A DNA stretch of 21,454 bases, from contig NW_021823752.1 of the NCBI RefSeq assembly GCF_006345805.1, positions 1 to 21,454 of the forward strand, in the 5' to 3' direction. Origin of the DNA: Octopus sinensis (Eukaryota). Both the position numbers and the translations under genes were made by a program. The notes beneath the pieces are model-generated. The model was not told the DNA's origin, made no database searches, and saw nothing but the letters and a program-made list of their open reading frames with translations. Position 1 is the stretch's first letter. Each line of letters begins with the position of its first letter. Positions 1-9,867 of this stretch are shown here, piece by piece.

Positions 1-388
1 ACTATTGTGAAAAGGCCAAGTGCTTGGTTTGGTGGTGCTGGTGATGAATAGGGTGAAGCAGGGTGGGTGGGGGGGGGGTGGGAGTGAGGTTTACTGTCTG
101 AGAAGAGGCTGATGGCAGAAAAGAAAGAAGACCCTGTTTACACTGTCTGCCTCTTCCTACTTTACTAACCCTTCTAAGCAAACCTTTAAAATATCAGAGA
201 CAGGGGACAATACCATAAATAGCTCTCACTCCAGAGGCTAAAAGACAACAACGTTCAATCTATTTATGTATATTCCACATCTATATTCTTGTCCTTGCTT
301 TTCCTTTGTTGTATTTATTATTATTATTTTGGTATTTTAAGATATGGAAAGCAAGCAGGTTTATATGTGTGCATATGTATCTATTTAT

Positions 389-432
389 ACACACACACAC
401 ACACATATATATATAGAGAGAGAGAAATAGAA

Positions 433-492
<60 letters not shown>

Positions 493-530
493 TCAGACAG
501 ACTAGACAGACAGACAGACAGACAGATGTA
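389..530. repeat. Compound microsatellite (CA)n-(TA)n-(GA)n-(GATA)n-(GACA)n
   Basis: Seen directly: consecutive tandem arrays changing unit along the tract. Confidence 0.95.
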
Positions 531-585
531 CATATATATAATTTTTCTCACCTCTTTCCATTCAGACTGACAGACTCATAGATGA

Positions 586-680
586 GTGTTTGTGTGAGTG
601 TGTGTGTGTGTACGTGTGTGTGTGTGTGTGTACGTGTGTGTGTGTACGTGTGTGTGTGTGTGTGCGTGCGTGTGTGTGTT
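586..680. repeat. (TG)n microsatellite with TAC/GC interruptions
   Basis: Seen directly; explains ORFs 576..893 and 598..840. Confidence 0.95.
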
Positions 681-800
681 ATTTTTCTTATGGGCTTTTA
701 TAGTTTTGTGTTTTGCACTTGTGTGTGTGACACTGAAAAGAGAAAGAGAGAAAAAGAATGAGAGTGTCCTTGTGTGTTGTTCGTTTGGGTTAGTTATATA

Positions 801-1045
801 CTCTTTACTCTTTACTCTTTTACTTGTTTCAGTCATTTGACTGCGGCCATGCTGGAGCACCGCCTTTAATCGAGCAAATTCTTTGTAAGCCAAGTACTTA
901 TTCTATTGGTCTCTTTTTCCGAAATGATAAGTTACGGGGATGCAAACACACCAACATCGCTTATCAAGCGATGGTGTGATGACAAAAGACACACAAACAT
1001 ATACACACACACACACACACATATATATGTATGTGTATATATATG

Positions 1046-1084
<39 letters not shown>

Positions 1085-1461
1085 AGTTAAAGTTAATCCA
1101 AACATGAAAGCACCAAAAAAAAACAACGCGAAGACGTGGAACAATTATAGTATTATTGGACGCTCAGAAAAGAAGGAAAGAAGGAGGGTTTAACATTTCG
1201 AGCGGAGCTCTTTGTCGGAAACATAGGAGAAGGAGAGATCCAGGGAAGGGAAGACAGAAGAAAAAATCGCCAACGGTACACACGCGGTCACATATATATA
1301 TATAGGCTTCTTTCAGTTTCCGTCTACCAAATCCACTCAAAAGGCCTTGGTTGGCCTGAGGCTATAGTAGAAGACACTCGCCCAAGGTACCATGCAATGG
1401 GACTGAACCCAGAACCATGTGGTTGGTAAGCAAGCTACTTACCACACAGCCACTCCTGCGC
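801..1461 (-). mobile_element. tRNA-derived SINE family A (central microsatellite), interrupted by a nested Penelope-like fragment
   Basis: Minus strand has an A-box-like TGGCTGTGTGG, B-box-like GGTTCAGTCCC, body ...GGATTTGGTAGACGGAAACTGAAAGAAGCC and a 3' part ...GCGGTGCTCCAGCATGGCCGCAGTCAAATGACTGAAACAAGTAAAAGAG matching copies at 6558-6977 and 18304-18654. Confidence 0.9.
1086..1292 (-). mobile_element. Penelope-like element terminal fragment (family C) with a decayed hammerhead motif
   Basis: Homologous to 2903-3008 and 3019-3195. Minus strand GTTT-CCGACAA-A-GAGC-TCC-GCTC-GAAA-TG-TT-AAAC at 1188-1222; flanked by (TA)n. PLE assignment is inferred from the minimal hammerhead architecture. 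Confidence 0.6.
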
Positions 1462-2198
1462 ATATAGTTTTTTGGGGGTTTTTTTCCTCCATATTCTTGA
1501 AACTGTCTTTGACACTTGACATTGAGTAATTATTCATTGTTGTGTAAAGATTAGAAACTTCATGTTAGACCTTTCCATGTATTTGCTATGTAATGATGAT
1601 GAAGTTATCAGCATGAATGTTTGTCCTTGCCTGGTATGGTAAGAAGGAGCAATTGGAGGGGGTTTGTTTAATGAGATAATTTAATGGAGTGAAAAATAAT
1701 TCCATCATTAAATCCAAATATGCACATACACACATGTACACACATTCTCTCTCTCTTACACACACACATTTATACATGTGTACATACAGACATATATATA
1801 ACTTTTTGGGAATAGTATATCTCGAAGCAGATAAAGCTATAATGAATAATGGCATGTTAAAATCACTTTTTGGACAGAATAAGTCTCAAAGGGGGGACAT
1901 CAGCAACATATATATATTGGTGAATTCTTCATTTGTGACAACCATAGCATATAATGGAAGAAAATAAAACTGAGACCGGATATTATAAATCTGTTAATTA
2001 GAGCATAAAATATAAATTTGATAATTAGAGAGGAGTTGGAGCAATAAATTGCCAAGATAGGATTGGCAGTGTAGTAGACAGTGTTTTGTAAATAGATAAA
2101 ATTTTAGATTAAATGTTAGAAAAGGGGGTTAAGATTGATGAAGAGTAGGGAGGGACTTACCATGCTGGCCCAGACAAGGAACAAATTTGGGGGCCAAT

Positions 2199-2389
2199 GG
2201 CGGAATAAACTATGAAGAATCACTAGACACACACACACACATAATATGTATAATATATATATTATATATTATATATATTATATATATAATACATATATAA
2301 TATGTGCAACATATGTACAATATATATATGCTATTTAATACAATATGTATATAAAATATATATACATATCATATATAATATATGATATA

Positions 2390-2427
<38 letters not shown>

Positions 2428-2451
2428 TGATTCTTCATAGTTTATTTCACC
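2199..2451. mobile_element. Foldback/MITE-like element with ~27-bp terminal inverted repeats and a microsatellite core
   Basis: AATAAACTATGAAGAATCACTA (2204-2225) is the exact reverse complement of 2425-2446, extendable outwards by GGCGG/TCACC with two transitions. AAT on both sides (2196-2198, 2452-2454). Interior (CA)n-(TA-rich)-(TG)n. Confidence 0.75.
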
Positions 2452-2902
2452 AATATATGGCAGTTGCTCAGTGACTGAAACTAAAATATGAACACACACA
2501 CACATATACATACGTATTCATCCACACACACACACACATACACGTGTATGCGCATGTGTGTATGTGTGTGAGTGTGTGTGCATGCATGTGTGTATGTGTC
2601 TTTGTGTGTGCTTTGTTATCTGCCGACCTAGCTCCGAAAACAGGGAAACTGTCATGTCCCCCCCCCCTATAAAACATACAATATAAACATACAATGAGTA
2701 TTGTTCGCTGTTGCCTCAATAAGTACTTTCCACATGCACAATATTAATTCATTTATTGGATTTAATTTTATTTTATTAATCTTAACCCCCCTCTCCCATA
2801 AATAACCCTGACCTTAACCTTAACAGAGACTCTGAAAATTAATCTTTTAAAAAACCTTCAAATTATTATTATTATTATTATTATTAGCTTTTTCAAGTAA
2901 TG

Positions 2903-3008
2903 TATTATCAGATGCCTAGGAAAGGAAAGAAAGAGGATTTAACGTTTCGAACAAAGCTCTTCTTCAGAAATAGAGGAAAGTCCAAAAGAAGGGAAGACGG
3001 AGGAAGAA
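2903..3008 (-). mobile_element. Penelope-like terminal fragment (family C), diverged copy
   Basis: Aligns with about 1150-1262 in the same orientation; contains the hammerhead core at 2937-2971. Confidence 0.6.
2937..2971 (-). ncRNA. Minimal type I hammerhead ribozyme motif (PLE-type)
   Basis: Minus strand ATTT-CTGAAGA-A-GAGC-TTT-GTTC-GAAA-CG-TT-AAAT: canonical CUGANGA and GAAA, 4-bp stem II, 4-bp stem I, palindromic ACGU in place of stem III, predicted GUU cleavage triplet. Confidence 0.65.
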
Positions 3009-3018
3009 TATATATATA

Positions 3019-3195
3019 TGGCGATTTTTTTTTCCTCTGTCTTCCCTTCTCTGGATCTTTCCTTCTCCTATGTTTCCGATGAAGAGCTCCGCTCGAAACG
3101 TTAAACGATCCTTCTTTCCTGAGCATCCAATAATACTATATTTGTTCCACGTCCTCGCGTTGTTGTGTTTTTTGTGCTTTCTTGTTTGGATTAAC
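3019..3195 (+). mobile_element. Penelope-like terminal fragment (family C)
   Basis: Reverse-complement homologue of 1090-1273; hammerhead-like GTTT-CCGATGA-A-GAGC-TCC-GCTC-GAAA-CG-TT-AAAC at 3072-3106 (U4 replaced by C). Confidence 0.65.
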
Positions 3196-3317
3196 CATAT
3201 ATATATGTATGTGTGTGTATATATATATATTATGTGTGTGTATATGTATATATGTATATCCCTCTCTCTCTCTCTTTGGGAGAGGCACAAGCACCTACAC
3301 GCACATATACACACACG

Positions 3318-3470
3318 GCAGTAACTTCCACCTACCGAATTCAATCACAAAGCTCCGGTCGGCTCGGGGCTATAGCGGAGGACACCTACCCAAAGTGTCA
3401 CGCAGTGGACTGAACCCGAACCATGTAGCTAGGAAGCAAGCTCCCTAACCACACAGCCATGCCAGCGCCT
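3318..3470 (-). mobile_element. SINE family A, 5' half (diverged)
   Basis: Matches the head and body of 6820-6977 (…GCTATAG…CACGCAGTGGACTGAACCC…AAGCAAGCT…CCACACAGCCA…GCGCCT). Confidence 0.85.
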
Positions 3471-4394
3471 ATATATATATATATATATTATATATATATA
3501 TATATACATATATATATAATACGAATAAGGATACAAAGAAAGACTTAAACAAATTTTGGGTCAGTTACAATTTTTTTCTTTTTTGTACCAACTAAATGCC
3601 ATTTCATATAAAAGTTCAAAGTGAAATTTATGTAATATTTACGGTTTTAGGCGTTAGAGAGGTACTTCCTCAGAACTACATCAAAAGTGTTCTTTTAAAT
3701 TGTGCTTATATATGTGTGTGCTCCTCTGTGTGTGTGTGAACGTTTGCTTCAATGTGATATATATATTTTAGAGATAACAAGTCTGCCTGCTTATATGTTT
3801 GTATATCTTCTGGCCCGGGAGGGTCTAGGTTTCACCGAAGGTTATTTTACCTCAACTATCTCTAAAGCCACCCGCCCATTCAGTACGTGAAGTCGTTTTA
3901 TTTGTTTTTATTTTGAGTTCTGTTATCTGTAGATGCAGTTGAAGAAAAAGTAGATTTCTGTATTTTCATATCCCGGATATATACAGACACATACTGAGAT
4001 ATATATACAGGGCACATTTTTGAAGATATATACACAGCATACGTAGATATATACATTCGTTCCTTTGCCTCGACCTTTTTACTAATTGAAAGAAAAACCC
4101 GAAAAAAAGAAGGAAGTGTATACCCTGGAGATAATGATAGAGAAAGAAAGAGGTCAAGTGAGAAAAAAAAAGGTGAGACACAAAATGTAAGAGAGAAAGT
4201 GTGTTATATGGAAAGGGTAAAAAAAAGTGATAGAGAATAGGGGCTGGTTAGAGAGAGTGGATTTGAACCACAGAGAGAGGGAAAGAGAGCGGGAAAGGTA
4301 GAGGAAATAACACACACACACACATGTTCAGGCATCCCCTGCGTTACGGTTACTTCAAGTTTCGCGACTTTGTACTTAAGAAAATTATGGAGTA

Positions 4395-4690
4395 CTAGCA
4401 GTATCGCCCGGCGTTGCTCGGGTTTGTAAGGGAAATAACTATATAAGCATTTTTAGAGAGTTATAGCCAAAAAATAGCAAAAAATGCATTAAAAATGGAA
4501 AAAAAATTATGGTAAATTATTTTTAAAATCGTAGACTCATCGTAGACGCGCGCTAATACCCAGAAGGGCTCGATATGAATCACGACTATAAGATACCCGG
4601 TTTTGGTTAAACTGCACCGCAAAATGTGGGAGTAGTTAGGAATCTAAATCGTAGGAGACAGACACACAACTTCACTTTTATATATAAAGA
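4395..4690 (-). mobile_element. Non-autonomous Helitron (~296 bp)
   Basis: Minus strand begins TC-TTTATATATAAAAG and ends CCCGAGCAACGCCGGG (imperfect hairpin)-CGATACTG-CTAG. Inserted between A and T with no TSD. These are canonical Helitron termini. Confidence 0.85.
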
Positions 4691-5022
4691 TGACAGCTAA
4701 TTTCGGGATACGGTCTCTTTACGGAAACTCGGAGCGAGGAAAATTTTAAGAATTTAAAGTTATACTTTCTTCTTAGCCTAAAGGCCGCTTCCCGGCGTTT
4801 TAGCTAAAAAATAATGCAGCTAACAGGTTGAAAAACTATATTTATGTTATATAGATACATATATCTACACGTGTATTAATGTCCTGGAATGGTAGAAAAA
4901 AACGGAGTAATTCCAGTGCTATACTCAACCCGAGTTCGAAGTTATCTACACTCTTAAATTGGAGTCTCAAGAAAGATTGAATTTCTGCTGGTACAGAAAA
5001 CCCAGATATCACATCTCTAAAA

Positions 5023-5524
5023 CTAATATGTGGATTTAGCGAAGAGTAAAATTCGATCCAAAGAAGACAAATAGGATATTTTCGGTTTGAACGGCAGTTT
5101 TTTTTAAATAATTTCCACGTAACTAAACACTTTTAAACTTCGTATACTGATAGAATGCGTTTATAAAACATCTTTTTCTCTTGGCTTTATTGAGAAAATT
5201 CTATAGTTTGTAAGATATTTGTTGTTTTTTTTCTTCAATTTCTGCAATTTCAAACAATCAATGACGTCTGTTGAGGTGAATACATTCTGTGCCGTATGAA
5301 TATGTCCCTCGTTTAAGAAACAGATTGGGTTTATTTACATTTGTGAAGAAAAAAGATACCCTTCCCTCCAACCCTAACCCTAAAAGAAATTGAAATGCAA
5401 TAGGGTCATAATTATGGGTGACAATTTCATAAGACACCGCTAGAAAAAACTGCCGTTCAAACCGAAAAGATGCCTAATATGTGGATTTAGCGAAGAGTAA
5501 AATTCGATCCAATGAAGACAAATA
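5023..5524. repeat. 51-bp direct repeat flanking MITE copy 1 (5023-5073 and 5474-5524)
   Basis: CTAATATGTGGATTTAGCGAAGAGTAAAATTCGATCCAA(A/T)GAAGACAAATA occurs immediately on each side, with one mismatch. Confidence 0.95.
5074..5473 (+). mobile_element. MITE family M, copy 1 (subfamily a)
   Basis: TIR GGAT(A)TTTTCGGTTTGAACGGCAGTTTTT / AAAAAACTGCCGTTCAAACCGAAAAGATGC; interior homologous to three other copies. Confidence 0.92.
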
Positions 5525-5604
5525 AGAAATTTAGCACATCCAGTTACAATTGTTTCTGCGCCCCTCTGTTTTTGCACGCAAAAAGATTTGGTACAAAGGT
5601 GCCG

Positions 5605-5740
5605 ACAGAATAAGTACCAAGCTTAACAATTGTACTGGGGTCGATTTGTTCGACTAAACCCTTCAAGGCGGTGTTCCAGCATGGCCGCAGTCCAATAACT
5701 GAAACAGATAAAAAAAAAAAAAAAGATAAAAGAATCGCTG
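5605..5740 (+). mobile_element. SINE family A-like 3' fragment
   Basis: CCGACAGAATAAGTACC…GGGGTCGAT…AAGGCGGTGTTCCAGCATGGCCGCAGTC…CTGAAACAG plus an A-rich tail; matches the 3' end of 18304-18654. Confidence 0.85.
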
Positions 5741-5879
5741 CCAAGTTTTTGTTTTCTTTCACCAACACCGGATTAAATTTTACTTAATTAAGAGTTTTTT
5801 GGCGCACGCCACTCTCGAAGATACCCTCTTTATTTTTCTAGACAGACGTATAGGTTAATAAGAAGGGAGAGGGTCCTAC

Positions 5880-6190
5880 CAAGGGGCAGGGAGGAAAATA
5901 GAGTGAAAGAAAGCTGGAAGAGGGTTATAGTGGGAGTACAAGCTAATGCAGACATAATAGTAGGGATAAGTGAAAGAGAGATAGGTATGTAAGCAATAGA
6001 GGAGGGGGGAGCTTGTAACAGGGAGAGAGAGAGAGAGAGACAGAAGTTATAGTGAGAGAGTGAAGCAGGGAATAAGAGTCAGTCATATAGAACGAATGAA
6101 GGTAGAGAGAGGTGAAGGTGATAGAGGAAGAGGGGCTGTGACAGATAGAGGGAGAGAAAGACAGAGAGAGAGATAAAGAGAGAGAGAGTA
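5880..6190. repeat. Purine-rich (GA) low-complexity tract
   Basis: Seen directly. Confidence 0.8.
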
Positions 6191-6557
6191 TGTGTGTTTC
6201 AAAGAAAGTGTGAAAGATAGAATCATCGCGATTTACGATGCACGCACGTGCGTGTCCTGTTGTGATGGTGTATGTATTTATTTTAACTATTCCCTTTATT
6301 TATATATTTGTTTGTTGTCGCCTGTTTCTTTAAACCCATCCTTCATCACCGAGGGCCGAGGGAAAATTTACTCGAGGGAGAGCATATGGTAGGATCTCAC
6401 ATATGTAGTAATACAGTGGGTCGAAAATCTTTCGACTACTTTCATTTAAGTAATTGGTAGGCAAGACTTTCCTCAGATGTGTTTAAAAATATTAAACCAA
6501 TCAAGGGAGATAAATACAGTGAGATCAGTTGATGGAAATTTCTGGATAATAGACTAT

Positions 6558-6977
6558 CTCTCTTTTACTCTTTTACTTGTTTCAGTCACTTGACTGCGGC
6601 CATGCTGGAGCACCGCCTTAAATCGAGCAACTCGACCCCGGGACTTATTCTTTGTAAGCCCAGTACTTATTCTATCGGGCTCTTTTGCCGAACCGCTAAT
6701 TGACGGGGACATAAACACACCAGCATCGGTTGTCAAGCAATGCTAGGGGGACAAACACAGACACACAAACAAACGCACATATATATATATTATATATATA
6801 TATACATATATACGACGGGCTTCTTTCAGTTGCCATCTACCAAATCCACTCACAAGGCATTGGTCGGCCCGAGGCTATAGTAGAAGACACTTGTCCAAGG
6901 TGCCACGCAGTGGGACTGAACCAGGAACCATGTGGTTGGTAAGCAAGCTACTTACCACACAGCCACTCCTGCGCCTA
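6558..6977 (-). mobile_element. SINE family A, near full length
   Basis: Minus strand: AGGCGCAGGAG-TGGCTGTGTGG (A box)…GGTTCAGTCCC (B box)…CCTTGGACAAGTG (resembles the CORE-SINE CCTTGGGCAAGT motif), central TA/TG microsatellite, 3' domain, (TAAAAGAG) tail. Confidence 0.92.
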
Positions 6978-7049
6978 TGTAGATAATTATTTTAGAATAA
7001 TACAGACCATATAGATTACAAAACAGCTGTCAATATACGGAATAAATAA

Positions 7050-7285
7050 GGCGGCGAGCTGGCAGAATCGTTAGCACGCAGGGCGAAATGCGTAGCCGTA
7101 TTTCGTCTGCCGTTACGTTCTGAGTTCAAATTCCGCTGAGGTCGACGTTGCCTTTCATCCTTTCGGGGTCGATTAAATAAGTACCAGTTACGCACTGGAG
7201 TCGATGTAATCGACTTAATACCCTTGTCTGTCCTTGTTTGTCCCCTCTATGTTTCTGCGCCTTGTGGACAATAAAGAAATAAGAA
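7050..7285 (+). mobile_element. tRNA-derived SINE family B, full length
   Basis: GGCGGCGAGCTGGCAGAATCGTTAGC head, GAGTTCAAATTCC B box, GTCGAC…GCCTTTCATCCTTTCGGGGTCGAT…AAGTACCAG central domain (resembles, from memory, the Meta/MESC SINE domain), AAGAA tail. Confidence 0.88.
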
Positions 7286-7380
7286 TTGTTAGCACAGTGG
7301 GCAAAATGCTTAACAGCATTTCGTCTGGCTTTAGGTTCTGAGGTCAAATATCGCCGAGGTCGACATTACCTTTCATCCTT
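7283..7380 (+). mobile_element. SINE family B, truncated tandem copy
   Basis: TTGTTAGCAC…CATTTCGTCT…TTCTGAGGTCAAAT…CCGAGGTCGAC…CCTTTCATCCTT repeats 7068-7161, then runs into (GT)n. Confidence 0.8.
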
Positions 7381-7476
7381 GTGTGTGTGTGTGTGTGTGT
7401 GTGTGTCCACTAAAATAATGTTAATTGCGAAGCGGTGGTGTGCTGCACACACATACATGCACATAGATATATATAC

Positions 7477-7620
7477 GCCGAGCTTCTTTCAGTTTCTGTT
7501 TACCAAGTTCACTCTCAAGGCCTTGGTCGGCCCGAGGCTGCGGTAGAAGACACCTGTCCAAGACACCACGCAGTGGAACTGAACCCGGAACTATGTTAGG
7601 AAGCAAAACTTCTCACACAA
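7477..7620 (-). mobile_element. SINE family A, 5' half (diverged)
   Basis: GCTTCTTTCAGTTTC…AAGGCCTTGGTCGGCCCGAGGCT…CACGCAGTGGAACTGAACCCGGAA matches the other A copies. Confidence 0.85.
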
Positions 7621-7842
7621 GACAACTGCATTCGTTCAATTTTTTCATTTATTTTATTTATTTGTTGGTTTGTTTATTTATTTTTATACATGGTTGTTCC
7701 TTGAAAGTTTGTACCTTTCACCTCACCTATGTTCTCTTTAAACATAACCCCTCAGACACATTGCCAAAGTTAGACAACATAGCAGCGTTCTATTGATAAC
7801 GAAATAGGAAGAAAAAAGTGATACCACACACGTTACTTATCT

Positions 7843-7878
<36 letters not shown>

Positions 7879-8253
7879 ATGAAGAAAAGCAGGAGAAAAA
7901 AAACGTAATGCTTCCTTCTGCTTTATCCCTCGACATGGGCAACACCCAAACAGACGCCTACACATGCACACACCATTCAGAGTACATATGTTAGGACTAC
8001 AACTGTGTTCTGTGACCTTTCTGATTCATCTCCCGCTTCTACTTCTTCGTATCTTTGAGATTGCAGAAAGTGTGTCGAAACGCGAGTGAGCGCGCGCAAA
8101 GTTTTAGGAGTTTTCAAAGACAGATGCACTTTATATTTCTGAGTAGCTTCATTTTTTACCCCCTTCATTGCTTCTACTGATAAATGCCAATGGGTTCCAA
8201 AGAAACTATGAACTACTGTTTCCATTTTCATTAAGACCATAAATTCGAACATG

Positions 8254-8628
8254 TGGAGGCGCAATGGCCCAGTGGTTAGGGCAGCGGACTCGCGGTTTCG
8301 ATTCCCAGACCGGGCGTTATGAGTGTTTATTGAGCGAAAACACCTAAAAGCTCCACGAGGCTCCGGCAGGGTCGTGGTGGTGATCCCTGCTGTACTCTTT
8401 CACCATAACTTTCTCTCACTCTTACTTCCCGTTTCTGTTGTACCTGTATTTCAAAGGGCCAGCTTTGTCACTCTCTGTGTTACGCTGAATATCCCCGAGA
8501 ACTACGTTAAGGGTACACGTGTCTGTGGAGTGCTCAGCCACTTACACGTTAATTTCACGAGCAGGCTGTTCCGTTGATCAGATCAACCGGAACCCTCGTC
8601 GTCGTAACCGACGGAGTGCTTCCATCCC
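8254..8628 (+). mobile_element. tRNA-derived SINE family D with 12-bp target-site duplication
   Basis: A box TGGCCCAGTGG (8265-8275), B box GGTTTCGATTCCC (8294-8306); AATTCGAACATG duplicated at 8242-8253 and 8629-8640. Confidence 0.85.
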
Positions 8629-9349
8629 AATTCGAACATGCTTCCTTTCAAAATGTTTACGTTGCTTTAACTGTCTCGATTAATGTTATGCTGAAACACA
8701 TCAAATATAGATGGTAAAATTTATTTGTTATTCGATTTAACGCCATCACATTGTCCTTGAGTGCCTTTAGCGAAGTCCACTATGCATTTTTCTGTCTTAA
8801 ACTTAGTCCGTTGCTCGGTTTAATATCATATTTGGTCTTTGGGTTTCTTTAGCGTAGTTAGAATGCCAACATTCCGACCTGGTCTCCAGTTTGAGAACAT
8901 CAAGATTTTTCCTTTTCTAAATTCAGCCACCGTGACCCTGCAAAGCAAAAGTGATAATTTCTTTATTAGCCACGAAAAGCTTACACGAAGGAAAACATTA
9001 AGGACGGCACAGGACGGTATAGTGCGGGGTTTTAGCATGTAAAATGTTATATAACAAATAAATTCAAACAGAGTAAATTTCCAAATAGGGGGACGGGGAG
9101 GGGGGGACTTCCGAGGGTCATACATGGAGAAAGCCCACAAAATCCGTAGTCACCCAGACTGCCAGGGCAGTTACCCTCTCCCGGCCTTCCGTCTCCAATC
9201 TACAGGCGGCAACTCAGAGTAGGTCCATTCACTCTGGCCACTCTCGCCTTTCTCACCCAATTTTCAACAAAACGCTTGGGAGATAGCACTTCCCTCTCCG
9301 CTCTGATTTTCCTCTTCAAATGAAACCTGAACGCAAAAATAATAACTCT

Positions 9350-9450
9350 TTCTTTAATAGGTACCACGCCTGGGATTTTGTGGCGTGGAGCTAGTCGGTT
9401 ATATCGACCACCAGCGCTCAACTGGCTCTTTATCTTTCCTGAAAGAGAGG
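9350..9450 (-). mobile_element. SINE family B variant, degenerate 3' fragment
   Basis: TAGG…AGTCGGTTATATCGACC…CAGCGCTCAACTGG resembles 10553-10620. Confidence 0.55.
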
Positions 9451-9551
9451 GGCGTTACATTAGTTCACTGGTAGTGAATAGCTGACACCGTAGTACATCT
9501 CCAGCGTTAGAAGACAACAACAATAATGATAATAATAATAATAATAATGAT

Positions 9552-9770
9552 AAAAAAATATTCAGACAAATATATAACAAAAACACCAGGACTTACAAAC
9601 ACATATAACATACAGAAAATTGCACTACTAGGCACTGCACACATCCTCCGCAGAACACTTCCCATACAATAACCATCAGAGCATCACAACAAATCACAGC
9701 ACATACCTAAGGCACACAGAGCTGCGCTCGGTAGTGAAGTGAAAGCACGCTATAAAAATAAAACTACTGA
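9552..9770 (+). mobile_element. 5'-truncated R4/Dong-like (RLE) non-LTR retrotransposon 3' end in an (AAT)n array
   Basis: Codes the RLE-element C-terminus (next feature), then a ~100-nt 3' UTR; (AAT)n-type arrays on both sides. Dong elements are known to target TAA repeats. Confidence 0.75.
9553..9672 (+). pseudogene. C-terminal 39 codons of an RLE-type retrotransposon ORF (KKYSDKYITKTPGLTNTYNIQKIALLGTAHILRRTLPIQ*)
   Basis: My translation; IQKIALLGTAHILRRTL matches the QKxxLLGTxxILRxxL terminal motif typical of R4/Dong-like elements. Too short for the ORF track. Confidence 0.75.
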
Positions 9771-9771
9771 A

Positions 9772-9805
9772 AATAATAATAATAATAATAATAATGATAA
9801 TAATA

Positions 9806-9849
<44 letters not shown>

Positions 9850-9867
9850 TAATAATAATAATAATAA
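9772..9867. repeat. (AAT)n microsatellite
   Basis: Seen directly. Confidence 0.97.

Noticed and set aside
1586-1870. Possible decayed reverse-transcriptase fragment on the minus strand (PLFIIALS…TPLNYLIKQT…IHADNFIII)
   Set aside because: Only vague likeness to RT motifs; no QG, YADD reads HADN, and a microsatellite interrupts it. A profile-HMM search would be needed.
2630-2830. Degenerate telomere-like AACCCTGACCTTAACCTTAAC and a possible DNA-element fragment
   Set aside because: No paired termini or second copy in the window.
4329-4394. CAGGCATCCCCTGCGTTACG resembling a pogo/Tigger TIR
   Set aside because: Preceded by TT rather than TA, and no matching inverted end found.
6420-6436. GTCGAAA-ATC-TTTCGAC hairpin
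   Set aside because: A 7-bp stem is expected by chance in 21 kb; no supporting context.
7977-9421. Non-repetitive ORFs 7977..8264, 8826..9140, 8839..9042 and 9200..9421 as exons
   Set aside because: No recognisable domain or coherent splice pattern; overlapping frames on both strands.
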